Shown piece by piece: positions 47,522 through 56,891 of a DNA stretch of 64,000 nt. The DNA is from Polyangiales bacterium (GTDB lineage: Bacteria; Myxococcota_A; Polyangia; Polyangiales; JADJQN01): assembly GCA_964202905.1 (NCBI GenBank), contig CAXNJO010000002.1, positions 512,001 through 576,000 on the forward strand, given 5' to 3'. The notes under the pieces were generated by a model. It was not told the DNA's origin. It saw only the letters and a list, made by a program, of their open reading frames with translations, and did not search any database. A program made the translations under genes and the position numbers. The stretch's first letter is position 1. Each line of letters opens with the position of its first letter.

Positions 47522-48120
47522 AGATCGAAGGTGAGGCCGATCTGAAGCCCCGCCGGCCAGCCGACGCGCACCAACAGCGCGTTCGCATTGCTGAAATGCC
47601 AACGGAACCCGAGCTGGCCGACCGGCGCGACATACGACGCGTAGTAATCACGATTCCAGTTCGCCGGCCCCATCAGCACGGCGAGGCCCGCCTCGAGCAT
47701 GAAGCTCCAGCGTTCCGCGAAATAGATGTTCCACTGAGCCATCACCATCGGGATGAAGCCGATGCCCTCGTAGCGCGGCGTGTACCACCAGAAGAGCTCG
47801 GCCCCGGGGCTGAGCGAGAGATCGTCCCGCACGCCGCGCGCGCGCAGGAAGCCCTCGCGCACGATCGGGATGTCGACGCGCACGCCGAGGCCGCCGTTCT
47901 TGTACCAACCGAGGTCGCCGTGGACGTCGAGCCTCACGCTCGGGGGCGGACCGGCCTGCGCCTCCGCGGGGGCGGGGGCGGCGACGAGCGCGGTGAGCGC
48001 GACGAAGAGGATGGCCAGACGAGCGGGGGGGGCCAGACGAGCGGGGGGGGCCAGACGAGCGGGGGGGGCCAGACGAACGGGCGGGGCCAGACGAGCGGGG
48101 GGGGCCAGACGAGTGGGCAT
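47518..48120 (-). CDS. Small outer-membrane beta-barrel-like protein with RLAPPA repeats in the signal n-region
   Basis: Signal peptide ending AEA-Q; alternating strands rich in W/Y/F/G; ends LQIGLTFDL. Confidence 0.7.
   Translation of the reverse strand: MPTRLAPPARLAPPVRLAPPARLAPPARLAPPARLAILFVALTALVAAPAPAEAQAGPPPSVRLDVHGDLGWYKNGGLGVRVDIPIVREGFLRARGVRDDLSLSPGAELFWWYTPRYEGIGFIPMVMAQWNIYFAERWSFMLEAGLAVLMGPANWNRDYYASYVAPVGQLGFRWHFSNANALLVRVGWPAGLQIGLTFDL
48013..48113. repeat. 18-bp tandem repeat (~5.5 copies) containing G8 tracts
   Basis: GGCCAGACGAGCGGGGGG units; G8 at 48025, 48043, 48061 and 48097. Confidence 0.95.
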
Positions 48121-48267
48121 GCGGAATCTCCGAGCGCGATGGGTAGCCCGTAAGCGCGGATCCGTCGACCACCAGCGCACTCCGCCCCACGCACCGGCAC
48201 GATGGCGAACTCGTCGCGCATCCCGACGCGTGCCCGGCGAGGCGCGCGCGCTACATTGCGCTCCCCG

Positions 48268-49041
48268 ATGGCGCTGATCGAATTCCGCGGCGTGAAGAAA
48301 GCCTTCGGTTCGAAGGTCGTCTATCGCGACCTCAGCCTCGACATCCACCGGGGCGAGTCCCTCACGATCATCGGCGGATCGGGCCAGGGCAAGAGCGTCA
48401 TGCTCAAGATGCTCATCGGCCTGCTGAAGCCCGACGAGGGCTCCATCCGCTTCGAGGGCGAGGAGATCACGACCCTCCCGGAGAAGCGCTACGCGCGCAT
48501 CCGCAAGCACATCGGCATGGTCTTCCAGGGCGCGGCGCTCTTCGACTCGCTGACGGTGCGCGAGAACGTCGCGTACGGGCTGCGCGAGCACGGCCGCCCC
48601 ACCGAGGAGGAGGTCGACCGCGCGGTGCACGAGGCGCTCACGTACGTCGGCCTGCCGGGGATCGAGCAGATGTGGCCGAGCGACCTCTCCGGCGGCATGA
48701 AGAAGCGCGTCGGCCTCGCGCGCACGATCGCGCTGAAGCCCGACGTCGTGCTCTACGATGAGCCCACCACGGGCCTCGATCCGATCAACACCACGCGCAT
48801 CAACCAGCTGATGTTGAAGCTGAAGCGCACGCTGAACATCACATCCGTCGCGGTCACCCACGACATGTCGAGCGCCTTCACGATCAGCGATCGCATCGTG
48901 ATGATCCGCGACGGGGGCGTCGTGTATTCGGGCACCCCCGACGAGATCCGCGCGGCCCGTGACCCTTACGTGCGCGACTTCATCGAGGGCAACGCGCCGC
49001 AGGACGAAGACACCCAGACCCTGCTGCGCAGCGCAGGCTGA
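48268..49041 (+). CDS. mlaF: MlaF/Mkl-type ABC transporter ATPase
   Basis: GGSGQGKS, FQGAALFDSLTV, LSGGMKKRVGLAR, YDEPTTGLDP. Confidence 0.92.
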   Translation: MALIEFRGVKKAFGSKVVYRDLSLDIHRGESLTIIGGSGQGKSVMLKMLIGLLKPDEGSIRFEGEEITTLPEKRYARIRKHIGMVFQGAALFDSLTVRENVAYGLREHGRPTEEEVDRAVHEALTYVGLPGIEQMWPSDLSGGMKKRVGLARTIALKPDVVLYDEPTTGLDPINTTRINQLMLKLKRTLNITSVAVTHDMSSAFTISDRIVMIRDGGVVYSGTPDEIRAARDPYVRDFIEGNAPQDEDTQTLLRSAG

Positions 49042-49056
49042 GTCCACAGGAAGAGC

Positions 49057-50151
49057 ATGCAGAAGAACCGGATGGTCGAGCTGAGGGTCGGGGTCTTCGT
49101 GGTCGCCGCCATCACCGTGGGCGCGATCGTGGTGTTCACGATCGGCTCGCGGAAGAACATGTTCGGCTCGAAGCAGCCGTTCCGCGCCACGTTCGCGTCG
49201 GTCGGTGGGTTGCGGCCCGGCAGCCAGGTCTCGATGGCGGGCGTCGACGTCGGCGCCGTCGGCGAGGTCGAGCTCCGCAGCGACGGACGCATCCACGTCC
49301 GGCTCGACGTCAACGACGCCTACGTGCCGCTCCTGCGCGCCGACACCGTCGCGTCGATCGGCGCGAAGGGCCTCCTCGGCGACAAGCTCGTCGACCTCAG
49401 CGTCGGTCACGGCACGCCGCTCGCGTCGGGCGGTGAGCTGCGCACCGAGGAGCCCCTCGACATCGCCCGCATGACGGCGAAGGCGGGCGCGATCATGGCG
49501 CAGGCCGAAGAGGTCGTCGGCAACCTGCGCGCGGCGACGGGCGTGCTCGGCGAGCCCGGCTTCCAGCAAGACGTGCGCAGCTCGATGCACAGCGTCGCCG
49601 AGCTCCTGCGCATGACCGAGCAGAGCGACGGGACCGTGCGGCGGCTGCTCACCGACCCGCAGCTCGCCGATCAGGTCGAGCGCACCCTCGCCAACGCGCA
49701 GGTCGCGAGCGACGAGCTCGCGCGCACCGCGCGCAGCGCGCGCAACATCGCCGAGGAGGTCGAGCGCGGTGACGGCACCGCGCACGAGCTCATCTACGGG
49801 CAGGAGGGCACGCGCCTCGTGCGCGGTCTCGCGGACACCGCCGGCGAGACGACGCAGCTCCTCGCGGCCGTCCGCACCGGCGACGGCACGCTCCACGACC
49901 TGCTCTACGAGGACGAGGCCGACGCGCTCCTCGAGAACGTCACCGGCGCGGCCGCCGAGCTCAACACGATCCTCCGCAACATCCGCGAGGGCCGCGGGAC
50001 GATCGGCGCGCTGCTCACAGACTCCACCATCTACGAAGATGTCAAGAGGCTGGTCGGCGACCTGCAGCGCAACGAGATCCTCCGCGCCCTCGTGCGCTAC
50101 TCGATCCGCAGCGACGAGGCGCGCCCTCAGCCGGCCGCCGCGCCGCGCTGA
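49057..50151 (+). CDS. mlaD: MlaD/MCE-family protein
   Basis: VGVFV TM, GGLRPGSQVSMAGVDVG, GLLGDK, helical C-terminus. Confidence 0.9.
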   Translation: MQKNRMVELRVGVFVVAAITVGAIVVFTIGSRKNMFGSKQPFRATFASVGGLRPGSQVSMAGVDVGAVGEVELRSDGRIHVRLDVNDAYVPLLRADTVASIGAKGLLGDKLVDLSVGHGTPLASGGELRTEEPLDIARMTAKAGAIMAQAEEVVGNLRAATGVLGEPGFQQDVRSSMHSVAELLRMTEQSDGTVRRLLTDPQLADQVERTLANAQVASDELARTARSARNIAEEVERGDGTAHELIYGQEGTRLVRGLADTAGETTQLLAAVRTGDGTLHDLLYEDEADALLENVTGAAAELNTILRNIREGRGTIGALLTDSTIYEDVKRLVGDLQRNEILRALVRYSIRSDEARPQPAAAPR

Positions 50152-50160
50152 TCGACTCCG

Positions 50161-51555
50161 TCAATCACGGCGGGAAGCGAGGATCACGCGGAGCGATTGG
50201 CAGGCCATGCGCGCCTGGAAGTCGCTCTCGAACGGATCGCCGGGCGCCGCACCGGGCTGAGCGCCGCGGCGGATCTCACCGGGTCCCGGCGGCGCCGCCA
50301 CGGGTGCGGCGGGCGCGGTCGACGCGTCGTTCTCGAGGTGGCGCGCGAGGCTCGCCTCGCTGAAGGCATCGCGCGCGCCGGCGCCGCGGGCCGCGCGGAG
50401 CGTCGCCGGGTCGAGTTGCTCGACGAGCACGTCGGGCTCGATGCCCTCGGCCTGGATGGAGCGCCCGCTCGGCGTGTAGTAGCGCGCGATCGTGAGCTTG
50501 AGCGCGCTCTGATCAGGCAGCTCGATGACGTTCTGCACGCTGCCCTTGCCCCACGTGCGCGTGCCGAGGATCACCGCGCGGCGGTGGTCCTGCAGCGCGC
50601 CCGCGACGATCTCGGCGGCGCTCGCGGTGAAGCCGTTCACGAGGACGACGATCGGCCAGTCGGGGCGCGTGCCCGAGTCACGCGCGCCGACCTCGTCGAG
50701 CAGCTGACCGCTGCGGCCGCGCGTCGAGACGATCGTCCCGCGCGCGAGGAATTCGTCCGAGACGAGCACGGCCTGCTCGAGCAGGCCGCCCGGGTTGTCG
50801 CGCAGATCGAGCACGACGCCGCGCACGCCGCCCTCGCGTTCGGCCGTCGCGCGATCGAGCGCGCGCCGCAGCTCCGCAGCCGAGGTCTCCTGAAAGGCGC
50901 GGAGCTTCACGTAGAGCACGCCATCGGAGAGCAGCCGAGACGTGACGGCCTGCACGCGGATGAGCTCGCGCCGCATCGTGACCTCGATCGCCGCGTCGAC
51001 GCCCGGGCGCCGCAGCCGCGCGTGCACCTCCGTCGCCGGCTCGCCGCGCATCACGCGCACGGCCTCGTCGATCGGCAGATCGCGCGCGCCGCGCCCCTCG
51101 ATCGCGAGGAACTGGTCGCCCGGGCGCAGCCCCGCGCGCTCGGCCGGCCCGCCCTCGAAGCAGCCCGTGACGGTGAGCCAGCCGTCGCGGATGTCGATCT
51201 CGACGCCGATCCCGCCGAAGCGTCCCGCGGTGTCACTGGTCAGGACGCGGAGTTCTTCCGGGTCGAGGTACGCGCTGTGCGGATCGAGCGTCGCGACCAT
51301 CCCGCGGATCGCGCCCCGCACGAGCGCGTCCTGGTCGACCTCCTCGACGTAGCTCGACTCGATGTGCGCGAGCGCCCGCGCGAGCACACCGAGATTGCGG
51401 AAGGGGCTCGCCCGCTCGGGCACCGCGCGCGCGACCGGCGAGAGGAGCAGTCCGCCCACCGCGGCGCCGCCGCACACCGCGCCGATCGCCATGGCGCCCA
51501 GCCGCGCGCGGCGCTCGCGGCGACCCGCACGCCGCGCGTCCTCGTGCTTCGCCAT
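50161..51555 (-). CDS. S41 C-terminal processing peptidase (PDZ)
   Basis: LDPHSAY, GGIG, LDLRDNPGGLL, TASAAEIVAGALQD, GKGSVQ, YYTPSGRSIQ. Confidence 0.95.
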   Translation of the reverse strand: MAKHEDARRAGRRERRARLGAMAIGAVCGGAAVGGLLLSPVARAVPERASPFRNLGVLARALAHIESSYVEEVDQDALVRGAIRGMVATLDPHSAYLDPEELRVLTSDTAGRFGGIGVEIDIRDGWLTVTGCFEGGPAERAGLRPGDQFLAIEGRGARDLPIDEAVRVMRGEPATEVHARLRRPGVDAAIEVTMRRELIRVQAVTSRLLSDGVLYVKLRAFQETSAAELRRALDRATAEREGGVRGVVLDLRDNPGGLLEQAVLVSDEFLARGTIVSTRGRSGQLLDEVGARDSGTRPDWPIVVLVNGFTASAAEIVAGALQDHRRAVILGTRTWGKGSVQNVIELPDQSALKLTIARYYTPSGRSIQAEGIEPDVLVEQLDPATLRAARGAGARDAFSEASLARHLENDASTAPAAPVAAPPGPGEIRRGAQPGAAPGDPFESDFQARMACQSLRVILASRRD

Positions 51556-51728
51556 CGACTCGCCTCCCGGAGACGCGGCGCCCGCAGGCCCGCGCGCGTT
51601 GCATTGACAGCCCGACACGTCCGCGTGTAGTACCACGAGGCACACGCGGTTGCGGTGACCGACACGGGCCCACCGTGGCGCGCCGCAAGCCGTTCCGAGG
51701 CAGACGCACCGGGAAGAGGACGGCACCC

Positions 51729-51941
51729 ATGGCTGGCACCGACAAGCGAAAGCAGAGTCTCTACTTCCCCGAGTCGATGCTGCAGGACATCCAGAAGGAG
51801 GCCGCGCGGCTCGACCGCTCGCTCTCGTGGATCGTGCAGCGCTGCGTGAAGATCGGCCTCTCCGACATCCGCAAACTCCCGAGCGTCAACGAGCCGGACG
51901 ACGCCGACGGCGAGGACGACCGCGGCCGCGACGACGAGTAG
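51729..51941 (+). CDS. TIGR04563-like myxobacterial small RHH-type protein
   Basis: DKRKQSLYFPESMLQDI..EAARLDRSLSWIVQ. Confidence 0.85.
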   Translation: MAGTDKRKQSLYFPESMLQDIQKEAARLDRSLSWIVQRCVKIGLSDIRKLPSVNEPDDADGEDDRGRDDE

Positions 51942-51958
51942 CCCCGGCCCCGCAGGCG

Positions 51959-52846
51959 ATGGACTACGACCGCACCGGCTTCGCGACAGCCCCCGACGGG
52001 ACGCGCCTCTTTTTCGGCGTGCGCGGGCGCGGCCCCGCGATGGTGCTCGACGACGGCATCGGCTGCGAGGGTTGGGCCTGGGAGCACGTGCAGCCGCACT
52101 TCGCGGCGACGCACACCGTCGTGCACTGGCACTACCGCGGGCACGGGCGCAGCGGCGCGCCGCGCGATCGGAGCCGCATCGCCATCCCGGACCTCGCGGA
52201 CGATCTCGTCGCGGTCCTCGATGCGGTCGGCGTCGAGCGCGCCGTGCACATCGGCCACTCGATGGGCACGCAGGTGTGCCTCGAGACGTGGCGTCGACAC
52301 GCGCCGCGCACCGCCGCGCTGGTGCTCGTGTCGGGGAGCTACGGGCGGGTGACACGCACCTTCCACGGCAGCGACACGCTCGACAACGTGTTGCCTGGCA
52401 TCATCGATTTCGTCCGAAAAAACAAGGGTTTGGCGCGCGGTCTCTGGGGCCGCATGCCCCCGCGGCTCTCCTTCCGGATGGCGAAGCTGCTCGGCGAGGT
52501 CGATGGGCTCGCGCTCCCCGAGGAGGACTTCGTGCGGTACATGGAGCACCTCGCGAGCATGGACCCGGACCTCTTCCTCGAGATGCTCGAGCGCGCGGGC
52601 GAGCACACCGCGGAGGATGCCCTCGCGCACATCGACGTCCCCGTGCTCGTCGTGTCGGGCGAGCGCGACACGTTCACGCCGCCGGCGCTCTCGCGCTTCA
52701 TGGCCGAGCACATCCCGGCGGCCGAGTACTTCGAGCTGCGCGGCGCGACCCACGCCGCACCGATCGAACAGCCCACCTCGCTCGCGCTGCGCATCGAGAA
52801 ATTCCTCCGCGATCGCGTGCGGTCGGCCCCCGTCCCCGCGGCATGA
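51959..52846 (+). CDS. Alpha/beta hydrolase
   Basis: YRGHGRS, GHSMG, GERDTFTP, ATHAAPIE. Confidence 0.92.
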   Translation: MDYDRTGFATAPDGTRLFFGVRGRGPAMVLDDGIGCEGWAWEHVQPHFAATHTVVHWHYRGHGRSGAPRDRSRIAIPDLADDLVAVLDAVGVERAVHIGHSMGTQVCLETWRRHAPRTAALVLVSGSYGRVTRTFHGSDTLDNVLPGIIDFVRKNKGLARGLWGRMPPRLSFRMAKLLGEVDGLALPEEDFVRYMEHLASMDPDLFLEMLERAGEHTAEDALAHIDVPVLVVSGERDTFTPPALSRFMAEHIPAAEYFELRGATHAAPIEQPTSLALRIEKFLRDRVRSAPVPAA

Positions 52847-53427
52847 CGCGCCGACCCGCGGCCCGCGCGGCGGCTCCGCTCGGTGCGCTCGTGCTTGCCA
52901 CGGCTGCGCTCATGCTCGCGGGCCGGGTCCCCGCGCAGCGACGCGGACGCCCATCGCCGGCGTCGCTCGGCGTCGTCATCCCGCCGGAAAACGACGCACG
53001 CCTCGCGCAGCCCGCGCCACGCCCGCCGGTCGGCGATCTCGAGGCGCGCGCGGCCCGCCTCTTCGCAGCAGTCGTGCGCGACGCGCCCGAAGCCGCGATG
53101 GACGCATTCTTCCCACGCGGGCCCTTCCTCGTGTTGAAGGGCATCGACGACCCGGGCCACTACCACGGCGTGCTCGTGCGCCACTACGTGCGCGACATCC
53201 ACGCGCTGCACGCCTCGCTCCCGGACCTCGCGCGCGCGCGCTTCGTGGGGCTCGAACTCTCGCGGCGCTGGACCTGGCAGACCGTGCGCAGCGAAGCAAA
53301 CGCCCTACCCTACTGGGCCGTCCGCCACTCGCTGCTGCGCTACACCGTCGATGGCCAGCCGCGCAGCCTCGAGATCAAAACGCTGATCCACTGGGGCCAG
53401 CGCTGGTACATCACGCACTTGAGCTGA
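52843..53427 (+). CDS. Hypothetical exported protein
   Basis: ATGA-coupled start, hydrophobic N-terminus, FFP...WYITHL. Confidence 0.7.
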   Translation: MTRRPAARAAAPLGALVLATAALMLAGRVPAQRRGRPSPASLGVVIPPENDARLAQPAPRPPVGDLEARAARLFAAVVRDAPEAAMDAFFPRGPFLVLKGIDDPGHYHGVLVRHYVRDIHALHASLPDLARARFVGLELSRRWTWQTVRSEANALPYWAVRHSLLRYTVDGQPRSLEIKTLIHWGQRWYITHLS

Positions 53428-53470
53428 CCGCGCACGCACGAGCCCGGCACGCGCCGGGCACGCGACGGGC

Positions 53471-54658
53471 TCAGTAGTCAGCGCGGAAGAGCTGCTGGCC
53501 CATGAGCAGCAGCGCCCCGCGCTTCACGGCGCGCTCGCCGCGGACGCGCACGAACGTACCGTTCGAGCTGCCGACGTCCGTGAGCCAGACCTGCCCGCCC
53601 TCGGCGTGGATGCGGCAGTGGAGCCCGGACACGTAGCCATCCTCGGGGAAGATGATGTCGCCGCGCTCGCGCCCGAGGTGCATCCCGCCCGCTTGGATCG
53701 CGTACGAGTTGCCGGTGGTGTCACGGCCGATCACGAGGCTGATGCGGCCGATCAGACCGGAGTTCGGGCTGCCCATCACTTCGACGCCATCGGCGCCGCG
53801 CGCGGGCGCAGGGACGGGCTCGAAGCGGAGGATCTCCTGGCCAACGCGGAAGATCGCGCCGGGCTCGAGCGCGACGGGCGTGTCGCGCTCGATCCGGACG
53901 AAGACGCCGTTGAGGCTCCCCTCGTCCTTCACCCAGAGTTCCGCGCCGCGGAGGGTGAACTCCGCGTGCCGCGGCGAAAGGTAGCTGTCGGTGGCGAAGG
54001 GGCCTCCGGCGTCACGGCCGATGGGCGTGTGGTCGTGGAGCGGGACGCTCTCGCCCTCGGAGCCGTCCGGGCGGATCAGCGTCAGCGACCCGCGGACCTG
54101 CACCGCGGCCACAGGAGCAGGGGCCGGAGGCACACCCGTCGGTGCGAGGGCCCCGGCGAGCGCGGACATGTCGTAGCCGCACGTGCCACAGAACTTGAAG
54201 CCGACCGGCACCATCGTCGCGCACTGCGGACAGCGCGTGGGCTGCGCGGCCGCCGGCGCGGGGGCGGAGGGAGGGGCCGCAGCGCCGCCGAACTGGGGCT
54301 GTTTCACAGGCGCAGGTGCCGCGCCGAAGCCCACAGGCGCAGGCGCCGCACCGAAGCCCGCAGGCGGCGCGCCAAAGCCCGCAGGGGCTTGCGCTGCGCC
54401 GAAGCCCGCAGGCGGCGCGCCGAAGCCAGCGGGGGCTGGCGGTGCGCCGAAGCCCGACGGCGCAGCCGGCGTCGCGAACCCCGCAGGCGCGGGCGCCGTG
54501 CCGAAGCCGGGCGACGCGACGGGCACACCGGCCGGCGGCGTCGGCGCGGTGAAGCTCTTCGGCGCGTGCGCCGCGTCGCGCGGCAGCTCTGCGCCGCAGC
54601 CGAGGCAGAACTTGTAGTGATCCTGATTCTCCTTGCTGCAGCGCGGACAGACGATCAC
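53471..54658 (-). CDS. Zinc-ribbon + tandem FHA domain protein
   Basis: CPRC..FCLGCG, CPQC..FCGTCG; IGR..SPRH..SLNG and LGR..SGLH..SSNGT. Confidence 0.9.
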   Translation of the reverse strand: MIVCPRCSKENQDHYKFCLGCGAELPRDAAHAPKSFTAPTPPAGVPVASPGFGTAPAPAGFATPAAPSGFGAPPAPAGFGAPPAGFGAAQAPAGFGAPPAGFGAAPAPVGFGAAPAPVKQPQFGGAAAPPSAPAPAAAQPTRCPQCATMVPVGFKFCGTCGYDMSALAGALAPTGVPPAPAPVAAVQVRGSLTLIRPDGSEGESVPLHDHTPIGRDAGGPFATDSYLSPRHAEFTLRGAELWVKDEGSLNGVFVRIERDTPVALEPGAIFRVGQEILRFEPVPAPARGADGVEVMGSPNSGLIGRISLVIGRDTTGNSYAIQAGGMHLGRERGDIIFPEDGYVSGLHCRIHAEGGQVWLTDVGSSNGTFVRVRGERAVKRGALLLMGQQLFRADY

Positions 54659-54804
54659 GAGGGTCCTCCTGACGGACTCTGAGAAGACGTGCAGGATAGG
54701 AGGCTCATGCCTCTCGGGTCAAGCACCGCCGCGCCGCGGCGACCGCACGCAGCGCGTTGGGCGTCAGCCCCTCGCGAACACATCCTCGCGGCCGCCGGAG
54801 TACC

Positions 54805-55611
54805 GTGACGCAAGGCACCTCACCCGCGGTCGGCGCGACGCCGATCGGGGCGCGCGACATCGAGACGACCTACAAGGGGATCGCCCTCGTCGCCCGCGGT
54901 CCCGAGCCGATGCCAGATCCCTTCGAGACGCAGATGCTCAGCGCCGTGCTCGTGCGCTGGCACGAGCTGCGTCGACTGTCGCTCGTCGATCCGTGGCCAT
55001 GCTTTCGGATCCGCTGGAGCAGCAGGGGCGTGCGCGCCGAGGACGCCTACGGCCCGCGCGGCGACGCGGACGCCCACGACTTCGCGCGTGCCGTCGAGCG
55101 CCTCGTCGAGGTGACCCGCGTGCACGCCGAGCACCTCATCGATCAGGGCTGGCTCGCTGCGCCGGACACGCCGTGGGAGCCGACGGCCGGGCTGCCGCAC
55201 GCCGACGCCCCGCCCGCCGCGCCCGCCCTCGGCGCGTTCCGCACGGCGGCGCGAGACGCGGCACGTCCCGAGCACACGGTCATCGCGCAACGCGGCGCAC
55301 CGCCGACGTTCGAGGCGCTCGTCGTGTGGCTGCGCTCCGGCCCCGCGCGCCCCCTCACGGTGCTGCCACGCGAGGTGAGGGTCACCGCAGACGACACGGT
55401 GCACGTGCGCTGGCGAGACGGCCGCTGCGCGCGCGTGCCGCTCGACGCGTTGCGCTGCCGCCTCGACGTGCCGCTCGACGCGGAGGACTCGGCGGACGCC
55501 GTCTACGTGTTCGGACGCGCGACGCGTCTGCTGCTGCTCGGACGACACGCCTGCGAGGTCGCGCAGCTCTTCGACCGTCGCCTCGCGGTCATGGGGCGCG
55601 CGTCAGGCTGA
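54805..55611 (+). CDS. Hypothetical protein
   Basis: Open frame with coding-like codon usage between two FHA genes; start uncertain. Confidence 0.55.
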   Translation: MTQGTSPAVGATPIGARDIETTYKGIALVARGPEPMPDPFETQMLSAVLVRWHELRRLSLVDPWPCFRIRWSSRGVRAEDAYGPRGDADAHDFARAVERLVEVTRVHAEHLIDQGWLAAPDTPWEPTAGLPHADAPPAAPALGAFRTAARDAARPEHTVIAQRGAPPTFEALVVWLRSGPARPLTVLPREVRVTADDTVHVRWRDGRCARVPLDALRCRLDVPLDAEDSADAVYVFGRATRLLLLGRHACEVAQLFDRRLAVMGRASG

Positions 55612-55778
55612 GGCCCGCTGTGCGCCCTCAGGCGGCAGTGGAGACGCCGGCGCCGCCGGGCGGCGTGGATGGCCCCCCCCGGAAGGCAACGCTGCACGGG
55701 CGCGACGCGTTCGGCCTCCATGCGGCACCTCGCGGAGGCCCGGCGCGGTCCGCCGAGCCTTCAGCGCGCGCGCCGCCG

Positions 55779-56819
55779 TCAGGCCGTCATGTCGACGCGG
55801 AGTAGCTGCTTTCCGAGGAAGAGGTAGTCGCCGTTGGTGAGCTCACGCTCGCCGTGCACGCGGGCGTAAGTGCCGTTCTTCGAGCCGAGGTCCGTGAGCG
55901 CGTAGCGGCCCTGCGCCGACACCTCGACCCGCGCGTGCGCCCCGGACATGAAGACGTCTTCGGGGAAGTTGAGGTCGTTCTCCTCGCGTCCGATCGTGAG
56001 CGCCGACTCGCGCGCGCAGATGACGATGCCCGGGCTCCCGCCGCGCAAGATCTGCGTGACGCGGAAAGGGCTCGGACGCTTCGGCGACGAGTAGAAGTAG
56101 GTCATGTCGGGGTCGGGACCGGACGTGTCCTTCGGCGTCGCGTCGAGGCGGAAGACCTGCTCGCCGCAGAGGAAGAGGTCGCCGGGCTCGATCGGCGCGG
56201 GCTCCCGCAGGCGCACGTAGAGGCCGTTGAGGCTGCCCTCGTCGCGCACGAAGAGTTTGTCGCCGCGGTAGACGAAATTCGCGTGCCGGGCCGAGAGCCA
56301 GTGATCGTCGGGGAAGAGGATCTGTCCGTCATCGCGACCGGCGATGTGCTCCGTACCCTGCAGGGAGTAGCTCAGGCCCTCGACGCCGCCCTCACCACGA
56401 ACGAGGATGAGGCGCGCCTTGCCCGGGGACTGCATCGCGCCAAAGAATCGCACGTGGAGTTCGACGACCTCCTGAGGGACGCCCGCGCCGCAGCGGCCGC
56501 AAAACTTGTGGCCGGAGGGGACCGGGGTCGAGCACTCCTTGCAGACGTAGTTACGGGCTTGCTCCATCAGCTCCTCCTGGGACGGCGCGCGTGGGACATC
56601 CAGCCTGGGCGCGGGCGGGACTGCTGCCCGCCACACGCCGAGATCGCCCGCGGGTATGACGAGGACCGGCCTCGCCGGCTCCACCGCCCCCGCGCCCACC
56701 TCGGGCGCTCCGAGGTGAAGGTCGGCAAGGAGAGCACGACCGCAGCGAGGGCACAAGGTCGTGCCGAGGGGACTGAACGTGTCGCAGTCCCCACACGCGA
56801 TGCCGACCTCGTGCTCCAT
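55779..56819 (-). CDS. Zinc-ribbon + tandem FHA domain protein
   Basis: CGDC..CPRCG, CKEC..FCGRCG; AGR..SARH..SLNG and IGR..SGAH..SKNGT. Confidence 0.9.
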   Translation of the reverse strand: MEHEVGIACGDCDTFSPLGTTLCPRCGRALLADLHLGAPEVGAGAVEPARPVLVIPAGDLGVWRAAVPPAPRLDVPRAPSQEELMEQARNYVCKECSTPVPSGHKFCGRCGAGVPQEVVELHVRFFGAMQSPGKARLILVRGEGGVEGLSYSLQGTEHIAGRDDGQILFPDDHWLSARHANFVYRGDKLFVRDEGSLNGLYVRLREPAPIEPGDLFLCGEQVFRLDATPKDTSGPDPDMTYFYSSPKRPSPFRVTQILRGGSPGIVICARESALTIGREENDLNFPEDVFMSGAHARVEVSAQGRYALTDLGSKNGTYARVHGERELTNGDYLFLGKQLLRVDMTA

Positions 56820-56891
56820 CTCGATGGAGCTTTGTAGGCCACGGGCCCGCAGCGCGTCAACGCCGCCGAAGCGCCACCTCTTGTGCGCCCG

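Noticed and set aside
47518..49896. 792-aa minus-strand ORF as one gene
   Set aside because: The 5' part is antisense to mlaF/mlaD; only 47518-48120 looks coding.
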